Below, piece after piece: positions 45,970 to 55,224 of a DNA stretch of 64,000 bases (position 1 is its first letter; the number at the start of each line of letters is the position of its first letter). Below the pieces are notes generated by a model that was not told the origin of the DNA, searched no databases, and worked only from the letters and a program-made list of their open reading frames with translations. A program made the position numbers and the translations under genes. Source of the stretch: Phycisphaerae bacterium (GTDB lineage: Bacteria; Planctomycetota; Phycisphaerae; UBA1845; Fen-1342); NCBI GenBank assembly GCA_017999985.1, contig JAGNKU010000001.1, forward strand, positions 237,276-301,275. The letters run 5' to 3'.

Positions 45970-46722
45970 TCACGACCCCTGAGTAAGCAGCAGCACGAAT
46001 GGATTAACGTCGGCGAAGGTCACATAACCGTCGCGATTCACGTCGGCACCGCAGCGGGCTGCCACGCTCGCCGCCGCCGGATCGACGAGCACGCTGACGA
46101 ACGGATTGATGTCGGCGAAGGTTGCTTCACCGTTGCCGTCCACGTCGCCCGTTTCGCACTCCACGACGGAGAGGCGGAGCGTGAACGGCTCCGAATCCGC
46201 GTAGCCGGTGCTGCCCCGGTCTTCCAGGCTGAACGTCCCGTACCACAATGTACGCAGCGGGTCGTAGAGCGGGTCCGCGCAGTCCACGACGAAGATCACG
46301 TGGCGGTGCAAGGTCGCAGAGCCCAGCGGCAGCGACTCACCCGCCTCGTGGACGGTCGTCGTGCCATACTTGACGCGAAACGCCGGCTGCAAGTCTTCGT
46401 AGGCGACGAGGTAGATCGCCGCCCCGTAGTCAAGCAGGAAGTAGTCCTGCGCCGGATCGGATGCGAAGTTCGCATCGAAGCCGGGACTCGTCGCCCGCCA
46501 GCTCGTCGGCGCCGTCGGGTCCGGGATCGGCGTCAACAGGCCGATCCCGACCGCCGGCTCAAAGCACGGATTCTGCGCGTCGGACAGGCGACACTTGAGC
46601 TGCCCTGCCGCCGAGTGCCCGACGCCGATATCACCCGAGTGTTGCGCAAGCGCGGCGACCGTGGCAAACGACAGCCATAGGAGTCCCACCACCGTCCTAC
46701 GTATACTGCTGAAACTGCACAT
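45970..46722 (-). CDS. Small secreted protein with C-terminal dockerin-like double repeat
   Basis: Signal peptide MCSFSSIRRTVVGLLWLSFATVAALA with a GGAGG RBS. The C-terminus is GDVDGNGEATFADINPFVSVL...GADVNRDGYVTFADVNPFVLLLTQGS. The start is ATG 46722 inside track ORF 45970..47052. Confidence 0.6.
   Translation of the reverse strand: MCSFSSIRRTVVGLLWLSFATVAALAQHSGDIGVGHSAAGQLKCRLSDAQNPCFEPAVGIGLLTPIPDPTAPTSWRATSPGFDANFASDPAQDYFLLDYGAAIYLVAYEDLQPAFRVKYGTTTVHEAGESLPLGSATLHRHVIFVVDCADPLYDPLRTLWYGTFSLEDRGSTGYADSEPFTLRLSVVECETGDVDGNGEATFADINPFVSVLVDPAAASVAARCGADVNRDGYVTFADVNPFVLLLTQGS
45973..46155 (-). other. Dockerin-like C-terminal double-repeat module (copy 2 of 4)
   Basis: ETGDVDGNGEATFADINPFVSVLVDPAAASVAARCGADVNRDGYVTFADVNPFVLLLTQGS. 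Confidence 0.55.
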
Positions 46723-46754
46723 GGGAATGCCTCCGAAATCACACCGCTCGCAAG

Positions 46755-47375
46755 CTAGACGCTTTGCCGCCGACGCGCGACTGCCAGCACGCCCGCCGCC
46801 AGCAACAACGCCGCGCTCGGCTCGGGCGCAAACGTCACCGTCACCGGATCGCTGGCCAGATGCGCAGCGCCGGTCCGCAGATCCACAAACCGAAATGTCA
46901 CGTCCCACGCCGTCACGGTCGGGTCGTAGTGGGGGTCCGTCGTGTCGATGTGCCACCAGACGTGCTCGTGAAAATCCCCCAGGCCCGGGAAGTTGTACGT
47001 CTGCCCCGCCAGAATCTGGAAGCCCGTCTCGCCCGGCCCCAGCGGATTCCACACCTTGAACGCCGTGCCGCTCACCGCCAGCAACTCGAATCCGATGTCC
47101 GCCGCGGCGTCCACCGGCACGAAATCCGGGTCGTCCGGATCCGGCCCATCCAGTCCGATCAGGCCCGGATCGTCGAGCGCCCAGCCAACCAGCAATAGGT
47201 GTTCTGAGCGCGGCAACGCAAAAGGATAGAGGTCCGGGTCATACTCGACCTCGAGCTGGTTGGTCGGCGCATTCACGCCAATGAGAAAGTCCTCGCCGTG
47301 GGCATGCGCCCAAGTAATCGCCGGCGTAAGCGCCGCAACAGTAAGGACCGTCAATGCGAAAGCAAATCGTGTCAT
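46755..47375 (-). CDS. PEP-CTERM sorting-domain protein
   Basis: Signal peptide MTRFAFALTVLTVAALTPAITWA with a GGAGG RBS. The C-terminal PEPSAALLLAAGVLAVARRRQSV is the canonical PEP motif plus TM helix plus basic tail. Confidence 0.7.
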   Translation of the reverse strand: MTRFAFALTVLTVAALTPAITWAHAHGEDFLIGVNAPTNQLEVEYDPDLYPFALPRSEHLLLVGWALDDPGLIGLDGPDPDDPDFVPVDAAADIGFELLAVSGTAFKVWNPLGPGETGFQILAGQTYNFPGLGDFHEHVWWHIDTTDPHYDPTVTAWDVTFRFVDLRTGAAHLASDPVTVTFAPEPSAALLLAAGVLAVARRRQSV

Positions 47376-47422
47376 GGGTTTCAAACCTCCGAAGTGAAAG
47401 TGACGCGCAATGCGCCGTGCGC

Positions 47423-48196
47423 TCAACGCGCCACCGTCGGGTCATACTTGTTGAACAGCCAGGTGACCGTGCCTCCGGGGTCGGTCGGCTGCTGATCGAT
47501 CAGAAACGTCTCTTCGAATGAATGCCGCGCGGCGTGCCCGTCGATGAATCCATAGTTTCCCCGCCCGAGATGGCGCTCCAGGACTACCTGGGTCGCCGCC
47601 TCGCGCTTCTCCGCCGGGTGCATCTCGCCCCAGAGCTCCGGGTGCACGTGGTCCGCTAGCGCGTAGGGCCCGGTCTCAGCCAGCTCGACAAAAAGAACCG
47701 TCGCCACCGGTCGGCGAATCCAATCCAAGCGGTTGTACGCGTGCCCGTCGCGCTCCCAGAGCGGACTGTCGATCCCGCCCGCCGCGACATAGAAGTTCGT
47801 CGCGAAACTCGTCCGGCGCAGGGGGCCGCTTTGCGGCGTCAACGGCTGCGTCCAGTGCGGACTCGCATCGGCCGGACAGCGCAGAACGTTCCGATTGTCG
47901 CCGTACTCGCGGGTCATCTCGAGGATCCACGAGTGCGCGGCATGCGCTTCCCCGCCGCCGTGCATGTAGCCAAACTCCGGCAGCCAGCCGTTGTGGCTCT
48001 CAGCGTACATGAACGCCGCGAGGCTCAGGCTGCGCAGGTTGCTCGCGCAGACCACCGCGCGCGCCTGCTGACGCGCGCGCCCCAACGCCGGCAGCAGCAC
48101 TGACACGAGCAGGGCGATGATCGCCACAACGACTAGCAACTCAATCAACGTGAACCCGCGCAGCGCGGGGCGCTGCCGGCCGGTCACCATGGCCAT
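47423..48196 (-). CDS. DUF1559 domain protein with prepilin-type N-terminal cleavage/methylation signal (H-X9-DG family)
   Basis: [25 protein letters not shown] (the type IV pilin-like N-methylation motif) followed by the DUF1559 body, a family greatly expanded in Planctomycetota. Confidence 0.8.
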   Translation of the reverse strand: MAMVTGRQRPALRGFTLIELLVVVAIIALLVSVLLPALGRARQQARAVVCASNLRSLSLAAFMYAESHNGWLPEFGYMHGGGEAHAAHSWILEMTREYGDNRNVLRCPADASPHWTQPLTPQSGPLRRTSFATNFYVAAGGIDSPLWERDGHAYNRLDWIRRPVATVLFVELAETGPYALADHVHPELWGEMHPAEKREAATQVVLERHLGRGNYGFIDGHAARHSFEETFLIDQQPTDPGGTVTWLFNKYDPTVAR

Positions 48197-48815
48197 GTCG
48201 CTCCTCCGGGAACTGCGGCCCAGCGCGGAAGCTCGGTAATTGTGAGTGCAGAACTACACTGCGGGGAGGAGAGATGACGGCGGGGCGCGCGCGCACGCCA
48301 CGGGAGCGCTGCGCGTGTGAGTGATGATCGTTGGTGCATCACCGGCTGCCAGCGCCGGCCGCGGATCCGCCAGCTCCAGGCCGACGGGCAGCTCGGCGAC
48401 AATGGCCGGCGCGAGCGCGCACAACGAACAATCGTGGGGGCTGCCGGGATCGCCGCCGCGCTCGTCATCAGCCGGTGTCGCGGCATGATGGTGCCAGCCC
48501 TGGATCGGAGCGACCAGCGTCGGCGTACATGCGCCGAGCACGACGAGCACAACCCAGTGACGCGACGGAAGCATCAACCCGAAACCCGAGGCACGTAGCA
48601 ACACCCAGTGGTATTACGAAGTATTAAGGATCATAACCTCGCGTGCGGGCCTGTCAACGGGTCGCGGTGGACGCACACATCAATTCATGGAGCTTGAATT
48701 CCGATGACCGACGGTCCTAAAACCGAATGAGCCGCGGGTTCGAGCGGGGCTCCGCGCGTTGCCGGCAGCACGGCAGCCCGCGATGGACACGAACGTGGTT
48801 CCCAAGGAGTGGAAG

Positions 48816-49397
48816 ATGTCCACGAAACTGGAAATTACCGCACGTATTTTGCTTGCTGTCGGCATGTTAGCCATCGTGACCGCCGCCAGCGCGAACACCG
48901 TGGCGACGTTCGCCGATCCGGCCCCGGATGGCGCGACTCCGCTCTTCACGCTCGCTGGCGCTTCCTTCACCGGCGGCTGGAGCGGCACTGGCCTGACGCT
49001 GGAAGTACCGTTCACGGGTCAGAGTTGGAACGACGCCACGTTTACACTTACCCCCTTGACGCTTATCGGTCCTGGACAGCTTTCCGCCGGCACGCTCGAG
49101 TTTTTCAAGAGTGTGACCGACGGGGGCGGCCAGATCCTAAAGATCGACTTTGATTTCGCGGGGCTGGCGTTGTTCGGATTCGGTGCATCCGACGTATTTG
49201 GGCAGGCGGTAACGATCTCGGGACCGGGCCTGCCGGTTGGACTGACGGACGAGACGTTCGCGTTCAGTTTCGCGAACCCCGTGCCCACGTCCAACGGGTA
49301 TACGTTCACGGCCGCGTTCACTTCGTCCGCCATTCCGGAGCCGACCAGCCTGGCCCTGCTGGGTCTGGGCGTCTGCGGTCTGCTCCGCCGAAGATAG
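48816..49397 (+). CDS. PEP-CTERM sorting-domain protein
   Basis: Signal peptide MSTKLEITARILLAVGMLAIVTAASA with an AAGGAG RBS. The C-terminus is IPEPTSLALLGLGVCGLLRRR. Confidence 0.7.
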   Translation: MSTKLEITARILLAVGMLAIVTAASANTVATFADPAPDGATPLFTLAGASFTGGWSGTGLTLEVPFTGQSWNDATFTLTPLTLIGPGQLSAGTLEFFKSVTDGGGQILKIDFDFAGLALFGFGASDVFGQAVTISGPGLPVGLTDETFAFSFANPVPTSNGYTFTAAFTSSAIPEPTSLALLGLGVCGLLRRR

Positions 49398-49594
49398 CAG
49401 CGCGACCACCACTCCAGGTCGCATGAATCGGCCCACGGCGACGCGTCGTGGGCCGTTTTCATTGGGGCGCCGGGTTTACGGCGGCCGGGCGCGGGGGTAG
49501 GGTTCACCGTTACGTTCGATTCCGAGCGCGGCGCCGGAACGTGGGTTCGTGCCCAAGCCATCGCGAAGCATTCATCACGTGGAGGTGTTGTACC

Positions 49595-51589
49595 ATGCGC
49601 AACCTGGCGATCATCACCGGTTTGATCCTCGTGGCGGTCCTCGCCGCGGGCAGCGCCCCGGCGGACCCTGTAACGACCCGCAGTTTATTGGCTCAGATGG
49701 CGGACCTGGGAGCGCTGGCCGAGTTTCCCGAGCCGCCCTACACCTGCCGCCAGTTCTCCAGCTACGATCGCGCCTCGACGTCACCGGCCGACCAGGAGAA
49801 GTGGTTCGCCAACGCGGATGCGAATCAGTACCTGCGCATCGAGGAGCACGACGGCCAGAAGGAGTATGTGATGATGGACGCGGACGGCCCCGGTGCCATC
49901 GTCCGCATCTGGTCGGCCAACCCGAAGGGCACCCTGCGCATCTACCTCGACAAGAGCGCCCAGCCAACACTGGAAGTGCCGATGGCCGATCTGCTCGGCG
50001 GGAAGTTCGCCGGCATCCCGACGCCCATCGCACACGAGGCGAGCCGAGGCTGGAACAGCTATTTCCCCATCCCCTACGCCACGCACTGCCGCATCACGAA
50101 CACCGAAGGCGGCTTCTACTACCACGTCAACTATCGCACGTATCCCGCCGGCACCGCCGTCACGACCTTCACACCGGACGATCTGAAGGCCCTCGCGGCG
50201 GACGTGACCGCGGTCGCGAAAGCGCTCGCCGCCCCGTCGGCAGCGTCCGGCGAGCGCGCGGTGCCGCGCGATGAGAAGGCAGCCATCGTCCAGCCCGGGA
50301 AGGAGCTGGAAGTGTGGAAGTCGGCCAGTGCGCCGGCCGCGATCCGCGGGCTCGCGTTCGAGGTGCAGGCCGCGGAGCGCGAGCGTGCCCTGCGCGAGCT
50401 GCTGCTCGTGCTGGAGTTCGACGACCAGTCCCCGGTCGTCTGCCCGCTGGGCGACTTCTTCGGCGCGGGTCCGGGCGCGCGGCCCTACGAGTCGCTGCCG
50501 CTAGGTGTTACTGCGGAGGGCGTGCTGTGGTCGCACTGGGTCATGCCCTTCCGCAGCACGGCGCGCGTCGTGGTCCGCAACGCGGGCGCGCAGGCGATCA
50601 CGCTCAATCAACGCCACGTGGAGGCGGCGCCGTATACCTGGACAGACCGCACCATGTACTTTCGCGCGGGCTGGCGTGTGTCGCGTGACGTCCCGACGCG
50701 TCCCTTCCAGGACTGGAACTACGTCAGCGTGAAGGGCCAGGGTATCTTCGTCGGGGCGGCGTTCACACTCGCCAACCCGTCCAAGGCCTGGTGGGGCGAG
50801 GGCGACGAGAAGATCTACGTCGACGGCGAGGAGTTCCCCAGCCACTTCGGCACGGGCACCGAGGACTACTACGGCTATGCCTGGGGCTCGCCCGCGCTCT
50901 ACACCAACGCCTACCACGCGCAGCCACGCTGTGACGGACCGGGCAATTACGGCATCACGGCCGTAAACCGCTGGCACATTCTCGACCGCATCCCGTTCCA
51001 GCGCGACTTTCGCTTCGACATGGAGCTCTGGCACTGGTGGGAAGGCATCGTGCCGGAGATGTCCGTCATGACCTACTGGTACGCGCGCCCGGGCGCTACC
51101 AGCAACCGCACGGCCCCGCAACCGGCGGACCTCCAACTCGTCACGCTGCCACCCTACGTGCCGCCGAAGGTCGCGGGTGCGCTGGAGGGCGAGGAGCTCC
51201 GCATCCTGGCGCAGACCGGCCAGGTCGGCCCGCAGGACATCGACAAGTGCAGCGGCGAGCGCCACCTCTGGTGGCGCGAGGGCAAGCCCGCCGACAAACT
51301 CGTGCTCGCGTTTCCCGCGCCGGCAGCCGGCCAGTACCGCGTGTTTGGTCGCTTCGTGAAGGCCGGCGACTACGGGATCGTGAAGCTGTCGGTCAATGAC
51401 CAGGCTGCCGCCGAGCCGTTCGATTTCTACAACGATGGCGTGACGGTTTCGGACGAAATGTTGATCGGCGTATTCAACCTGTTGCCCGAGGACAACAAAC
51501 TGGCCGTTGAGATCATTGGTCGCAACGAGAAGGCCATCCCGGGTCACATGTTCGGTCTCGACTACCTGCGACTGGAACCTGTCAAATAG
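49595..51589 (+). CDS. Secreted DUF2961 / glycoside hydrolase family 172-like protein
   Basis: Signal peptide MRNLAIITGLILVAVLAAGSAPA with a GGAGG RBS. WWGEGDEKIYVDGEEFPSHFGTGTEDYYGYAWG is the signature motif of DUF2961 (GH172); a C-terminal beta-sandwich follows. Confidence 0.8.
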   Translation: MRNLAIITGLILVAVLAAGSAPADPVTTRSLLAQMADLGALAEFPEPPYTCRQFSSYDRASTSPADQEKWFANADANQYLRIEEHDGQKEYVMMDADGPGAIVRIWSANPKGTLRIYLDKSAQPTLEVPMADLLGGKFAGIPTPIAHEASRGWNSYFPIPYATHCRITNTEGGFYYHVNYRTYPAGTAVTTFTPDDLKALAADVTAVAKALAAPSAASGERAVPRDEKAAIVQPGKELEVWKSASAPAAIRGLAFEVQAAERERALRELLLVLEFDDQSPVVCPLGDFFGAGPGARPYESLPLGVTAEGVLWSHWVMPFRSTARVVVRNAGAQAITLNQRHVEAAPYTWTDRTMYFRAGWRVSRDVPTRPFQDWNYVSVKGQGIFVGAAFTLANPSKAWWGEGDEKIYVDGEEFPSHFGTGTEDYYGYAWGSPALYTNAYHAQPRCDGPGNYGITAVNRWHILDRIPFQRDFRFDMELWHWWEGIVPEMSVMTYWYARPGATSNRTAPQPADLQLVTLPPYVPPKVAGALEGEELRILAQTGQVGPQDIDKCSGERHLWWREGKPADKLVLAFPAPAAGQYRVFGRFVKAGDYGIVKLSVNDQAAAEPFDFYNDGVTVSDEMLIGVFNLLPEDNKLAVEIIGRNEKAIPGHMFGLDYLRLEPVK

Positions 51590-51654
51590 CAGAAATCTCG
51601 ACGAAAATAGCGATTTTTCACTGGTAAGTTTCTGAAAGCGTTATATACTTAAAT

Positions 51655-51730
51655 GTGTCCGAGCGGAGCGCGGCACGTACAGGTTTCCCCCCCGGCCTGT
51701 CGGCCCCCCGCTCGGACATTTTGTTTTCCC
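51655..51730 (+). terminator. Hairpin plus T-run downstream of the GH172 gene, preceded by an AT-rich patch
   Basis: gtccgagcgg ... ccgctcggac (a 10-bp stem with a large, internally GC-rich loop) followed by attttgttttc. Confidence 0.35.
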
Positions 51731-51916
51731 GCCGCTTCTGATTCCCGCGAACAGCGTCCCCGCCCGGCAGGAGCGCGCCGATGCGCGCGGGTCACACCGC
51801 CGAGGGTCTCGGATATACTCCGAACCATCAAGGTCGTTCGACGCGCCGCCCCAGCGTCGCTGGTGCCCGCCGCGCGATCCGCCGGGACACATCCAACCAC
51901 CGCGTGAGGTCTGAGC

Positions 51917-53479
51917 ATGCAAGTCAACCTGGATGGGAACTCGCTTTCGATCGAGCAGATCGTCGCCGTCGCGCGCGACTGGGCCACCGTCGCCATTGCC
52001 CGCGCGGCGCGCGACAAGGTCCAGCGCTCGCGCGATTTCCTCGAAAAGTGCGTCAAGGACGGCATCGCCATCTACGGCGTCACCACCGGCATCGGCGAGC
52101 TGGCGCGCGTCCGCATCTCGCCGGAGCAGAGCGCCGAGCTCAGCCGCCGGATCGTCTACAGCCACTCCGCCGGCACGGGTGCGCCGTTTCCGGAGGACGC
52201 AGTCCGCGCCGCCATGCTGTTGCGCGCCAATGTGCTCGCCAAGGGCTACTCCGGCGTGCGGCTCAGCCTGCTTGACACCGTCGTCGAGATGCTCAACAAG
52301 GGCGTCATCCCCTACATCAATGAGAAAGGCTCGCTCGGCGTCAGTGGCGACCTCTCGCCGATGTCGCAGTTCGCCGAGGTCGCGATCGGTGAGGGCCGCG
52401 CGTACTACAAGGGCGAACTCATGTCCGGCGCCGATGCGATGCGCAAGGCCGGTGTGCAGCCCACCGATCTCACGTTCAAGGAGGGCCTGGGTCTGATCAA
52501 CGGCTCGCAGATGATGACCGGCGGCGCGGCGTTATTGTGCTATGACGCCGAGCGCGTGCTGAAGAACGCCGTCATCGCGGGTGCCATGACGCTCGATGCG
52601 CTGCGGGCCGTCGAGCGGGCGTTCGATCCGGCGATCCACCGCGCCCGGCCGTATCCCGGGCAGAACGCCATCGCGGCGAATCTCGTGCGCCTCTTCGCCG
52701 GCAGTCAGATCATGGCGGACAAGACCGGCAAGGTGCAGGACGGCTACAGCATGCGTTGCACGCCGCAGGCGCTCGGCCCCTCGTTCGATACGCTGGAACA
52801 TGTCCGCAAGATGGTCCACATCGAAGCGAACTCCGCCGCGGACAACCCGCTCTTCTTCCCCGACGAGCAGCAATACTTCGCGGCCGGCAACTTCCACGGC
52901 CAGCCGATCGGCATGGCGGTCGACTTCCTGTGCATCGCGCTGGCCGAGGCCGCCGACCTGTCCGAGCGGCACACGAATCGCCTGCTCAACCCGGTGCTCT
53001 CCGGCCTGCCCGACTTCCTCGTCCAGGGCAACGGCCTCAACTCCGGGCTGATGGTCGCGCAGTACACGGCCGCCGCGCTGGTTTCCGAGAACAAGGTGCT
53101 GTCGCATCCAGCGTCGGTGGACTCGATCAGCGTGTCGGCGGACCAGGAGGACCACGTCAGCATGGGGCCGATCGCGGTCCGCAAGTGCGGGGAGATCCTG
53201 CGGAACGTGCGGGCGGTGCTGGCGGTCGAGATGATGTGTGCCGCGCAGGCGTTCGACTTCTACCCGGGCAAGCGGCCGGGCAAGGGCACGAAGGTTGCGT
53301 ACGACCTGATCCGGTCGAAGGTGCCGATGCTGAAGGACGATCGCGTGCTGTACCCGGACATCGAGGCGATCCGGCAGCTCATCGAATCAAACGCGATTCT
53401 CGAAGCGGTGGAGGCGGAAGTCGGCCCGCTGCTGCTGTCGCGCGACATGGACCTGCCCGAGCCGAATGTGGGGAAGTGA
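51917..53479 (+). CDS. Aromatic amino-acid ammonia-lyase family enzyme, closest to histidine ammonia-lyase
   Basis: IYGVTTGIGELA, IVYSHSAGTG (HAL-like S-H selectivity pair), GSLGVSGDLSPM (MIO-forming triad, here V-S-G instead of the usual A-S-G), and NPL...NFHGQ. GAGG RBS upstream. Confidence 0.85.
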   Translation: MQVNLDGNSLSIEQIVAVARDWATVAIARAARDKVQRSRDFLEKCVKDGIAIYGVTTGIGELARVRISPEQSAELSRRIVYSHSAGTGAPFPEDAVRAAMLLRANVLAKGYSGVRLSLLDTVVEMLNKGVIPYINEKGSLGVSGDLSPMSQFAEVAIGEGRAYYKGELMSGADAMRKAGVQPTDLTFKEGLGLINGSQMMTGGAALLCYDAERVLKNAVIAGAMTLDALRAVERAFDPAIHRARPYPGQNAIAANLVRLFAGSQIMADKTGKVQDGYSMRCTPQALGPSFDTLEHVRKMVHIEANSAADNPLFFPDEQQYFAAGNFHGQPIGMAVDFLCIALAEAADLSERHTNRLLNPVLSGLPDFLVQGNGLNSGLMVAQYTAAALVSENKVLSHPASVDSISVSADQEDHVSMGPIAVRKCGEILRNVRAVLAVEMMCAAQAFDFYPGKRPGKGTKVAYDLIRSKVPMLKDDRVLYPDIEAIRQLIESNAILEAVEAEVGPLLLSRDMDLPEPNVGK

Positions 53480-53570
53480 AGCGACGCAGGGAACGGTGGG
53501 GAGGCTGCACGCGGCCACGCCCATCCCAGTGTGGCTCCGGCCAGTGGCCCGTGCTCAGGTATTCCCGGCC

Positions 53571-54944
53571 TCACTTACCGCCGGTCAGCGCCGCCACAAA
53601 CGGATTGATGTCGCCAAACCCGACTTCGCCGTCGGCATCCATATCACCGTGCAGCGGCGGGCAGTCGGGGTACATCTGCGCATACGCCGGCGGATTGCTC
53701 AGGGCCAGGACGAAGGGATTGATGTCGCCGAAGCCGATCGTCCCGCTGCAGTCGAGATCGCCAAACGGGATTTCGTAGGCGCCCATGTCGACGACGAACC
53801 GCGCGATGCGCGGGTGGCCATCGAGGTCGAGCGACCCCGCGGGCACCACGCCATTATCGCCCGCGTCGAGACACGGCGAAGCGAACGTGAGGCGGTAATC
53901 GTTATCCGCGATCGTACTCGGATCGTTGTCCGGCCCGTCGGGGTCGCGGAAGAGCGGATCGGCGTCGATGTTACCGTCGCCGCTCCAGCCGCCCTGTACG
54001 TCGCAGTGGGTCACGACCGGACTGCCCAAATAACCGTCGAATTGCTGCGGCGTGTTGGCCCAGAGAATGCAGTTCGTAACGACCGGGCTTGAGGATTGGC
54101 AGTAGAGGCCGCCCCCAGCGGTGCCGGCGATATTGCCCACGATCGTGCAGTTCCGCAACGCTGTGCCGGCGGCGGCGCAGTAAATACCGCCACCGTTATT
54201 CGTTCCTGTGTTGCGCGTGATGATGCAGCCGGTGAAGATCACACCGGAATTCGCGGAGTACACGCCGCCGCCGTTGCCGGCCGTGTTGTTGGCGATCCAG
54301 CAGTGGGTGAATGTCGGGCTGGAATCGACGCTGGAGATGCCGCCGCCAAGGTTATTGATGCTCGTGTTGCCCACGATGAGGCAGTTCGTCAGGCTCGCGT
54401 TGGAGGAGGCTTCGCAGCTCACGCCACCGCCGCCGGTACCCGCATTGCCGCTGATCGTGCAGTCGAGCAACGTGGGGCTGGCGTGCTCGCAGTGCAGCCC
54501 GCCCGCGAAGAACTGGGCTGTATTGCCCGTTATCACGCAGTTGCTCAGCGTCGGGTGGGCGGAGATGCAGTACACACCGCCTCCGCCAGGGTAGACCACA
54601 TTCCCATTGCGGATGGTGAGGCCCTGTACGAGCGCCGCCGCGGATTCGCCGCTGTGGAAGTAGAAGCCCCGGCCGCTGTTGCCGGAATCGATGATGCAGG
54701 TGGCCGGAGCGCCGCTCGCCGAGCGCACCGTGATCGCCAGACCGTGAAAATCGAGGTTCTTGTTGCCGGTGCCGGTGTAGGTGCCATCGGCGATGATGAC
54801 CGTGTCGCCGGCGACACAGGCATTGATGGCCGCCTGAATCGTGGCGTATGTGCCGGGCACATGCCGGTCGGTTGCCAGGGCGGTCGCGCCGCACAACAGT
54901 GCGAACGCGCACGAAAGGGCGATGAACTGGTTAACCCCGGCCAT
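53571..54944 (-). CDS. Secreted right-handed parallel beta-helix repeat protein (pectate-lyase fold) with C-terminal dockerin-like double repeat
   Basis: Signal peptide MAGVNQFIALSCAFALLCGATALA with a GGAGGAGG RBS. There are about 12 beta-helix coils (NCxIxGNTA..GGG pattern). The C-terminus is GDLDCSGTIGFGDINPFVLALSNPPAYAQMYPDCPPLHGDMDADGEVGFGDINPFVAALTGGK. Confidence 0.8.
   Translation of the reverse strand: MAGVNQFIALSCAFALLCGATALATDRHVPGTYATIQAAINACVAGDTVIIADGTYTGTGNKNLDFHGLAITVRSASGAPATCIIDSGNSGRGFYFHSGESAAALVQGLTIRNGNVVYPGGGGVYCISAHPTLSNCVITGNTAQFFAGGLHCEHASPTLLDCTISGNAGTGGGGVSCEASSNASLTNCLIVGNTSINNLGGGISSVDSSPTFTHCWIANNTAGNGGGVYSANSGVIFTGCIITRNTGTNNGGGIYCAAAGTALRNCTIVGNIAGTAGGGLYCQSSSPVVTNCILWANTPQQFDGYLGSPVVTHCDVQGGWSGDGNIDADPLFRDPDGPDNDPSTIADNDYRLTFASPCLDAGDNGVVPAGSLDLDGHPRIARFVVDMGAYEIPFGDLDCSGTIGFGDINPFVLALSNPPAYAQMYPDCPPLHGDMDADGEVGFGDINPFVAALTGGK
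53574..53762 (-). other. Dockerin-like C-terminal double-repeat module (copy 3 of 4)
   Basis: GDLDCSGTIGFGDINPFVLALSNPPAYAQMYPDCPPLHGDMDADGEVGFGDINPFVAALTGGK. Confidence 0.6.
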
Positions 54945-55015
54945 GTTCTTCCTCCTCCAGGTTGCGCCGCAGGGCGGACGAAATGCGGTGCCGCAGCACC
55001 ACGACGCCCTCCTGC

Positions 55016-55043
55016 AATATACCGACAGAGATGCGGGTCTCAA
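55016..55043 (-). promoter_or_regulatory. Candidate sigma70 promoter (TTGAGA-N16-TATATT) for the beta-helix/dockerin gene, overlapping a 14-bp perfect palindrome
   Basis: The minus strand reads ttgagacccgcatctctgtcggtatatt about 70 nt upstream of the start codon. It lies in a locally AT-rich patch, and the -35 region sits inside the palindrome CAAAATATATTTTG (55041..55054). Confidence 0.3.
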
Positions 55044-55224
55044 AATATATTTTGCGTCCGATAGTTGCGCGCCCCTGAATCGCCCGCGCAGCGGGTGTTT
55101 GTCGCGCCGGCCCAACTCCCTGTGAAGAAGATGCCGGGCCGACGAATGGGTCGACCCGGCATCCACGCAATACCCACAGCGCACCGCACCCCGGCCTCGG
55201 ACCGGGCCGCGGATGCGCCTCGTC

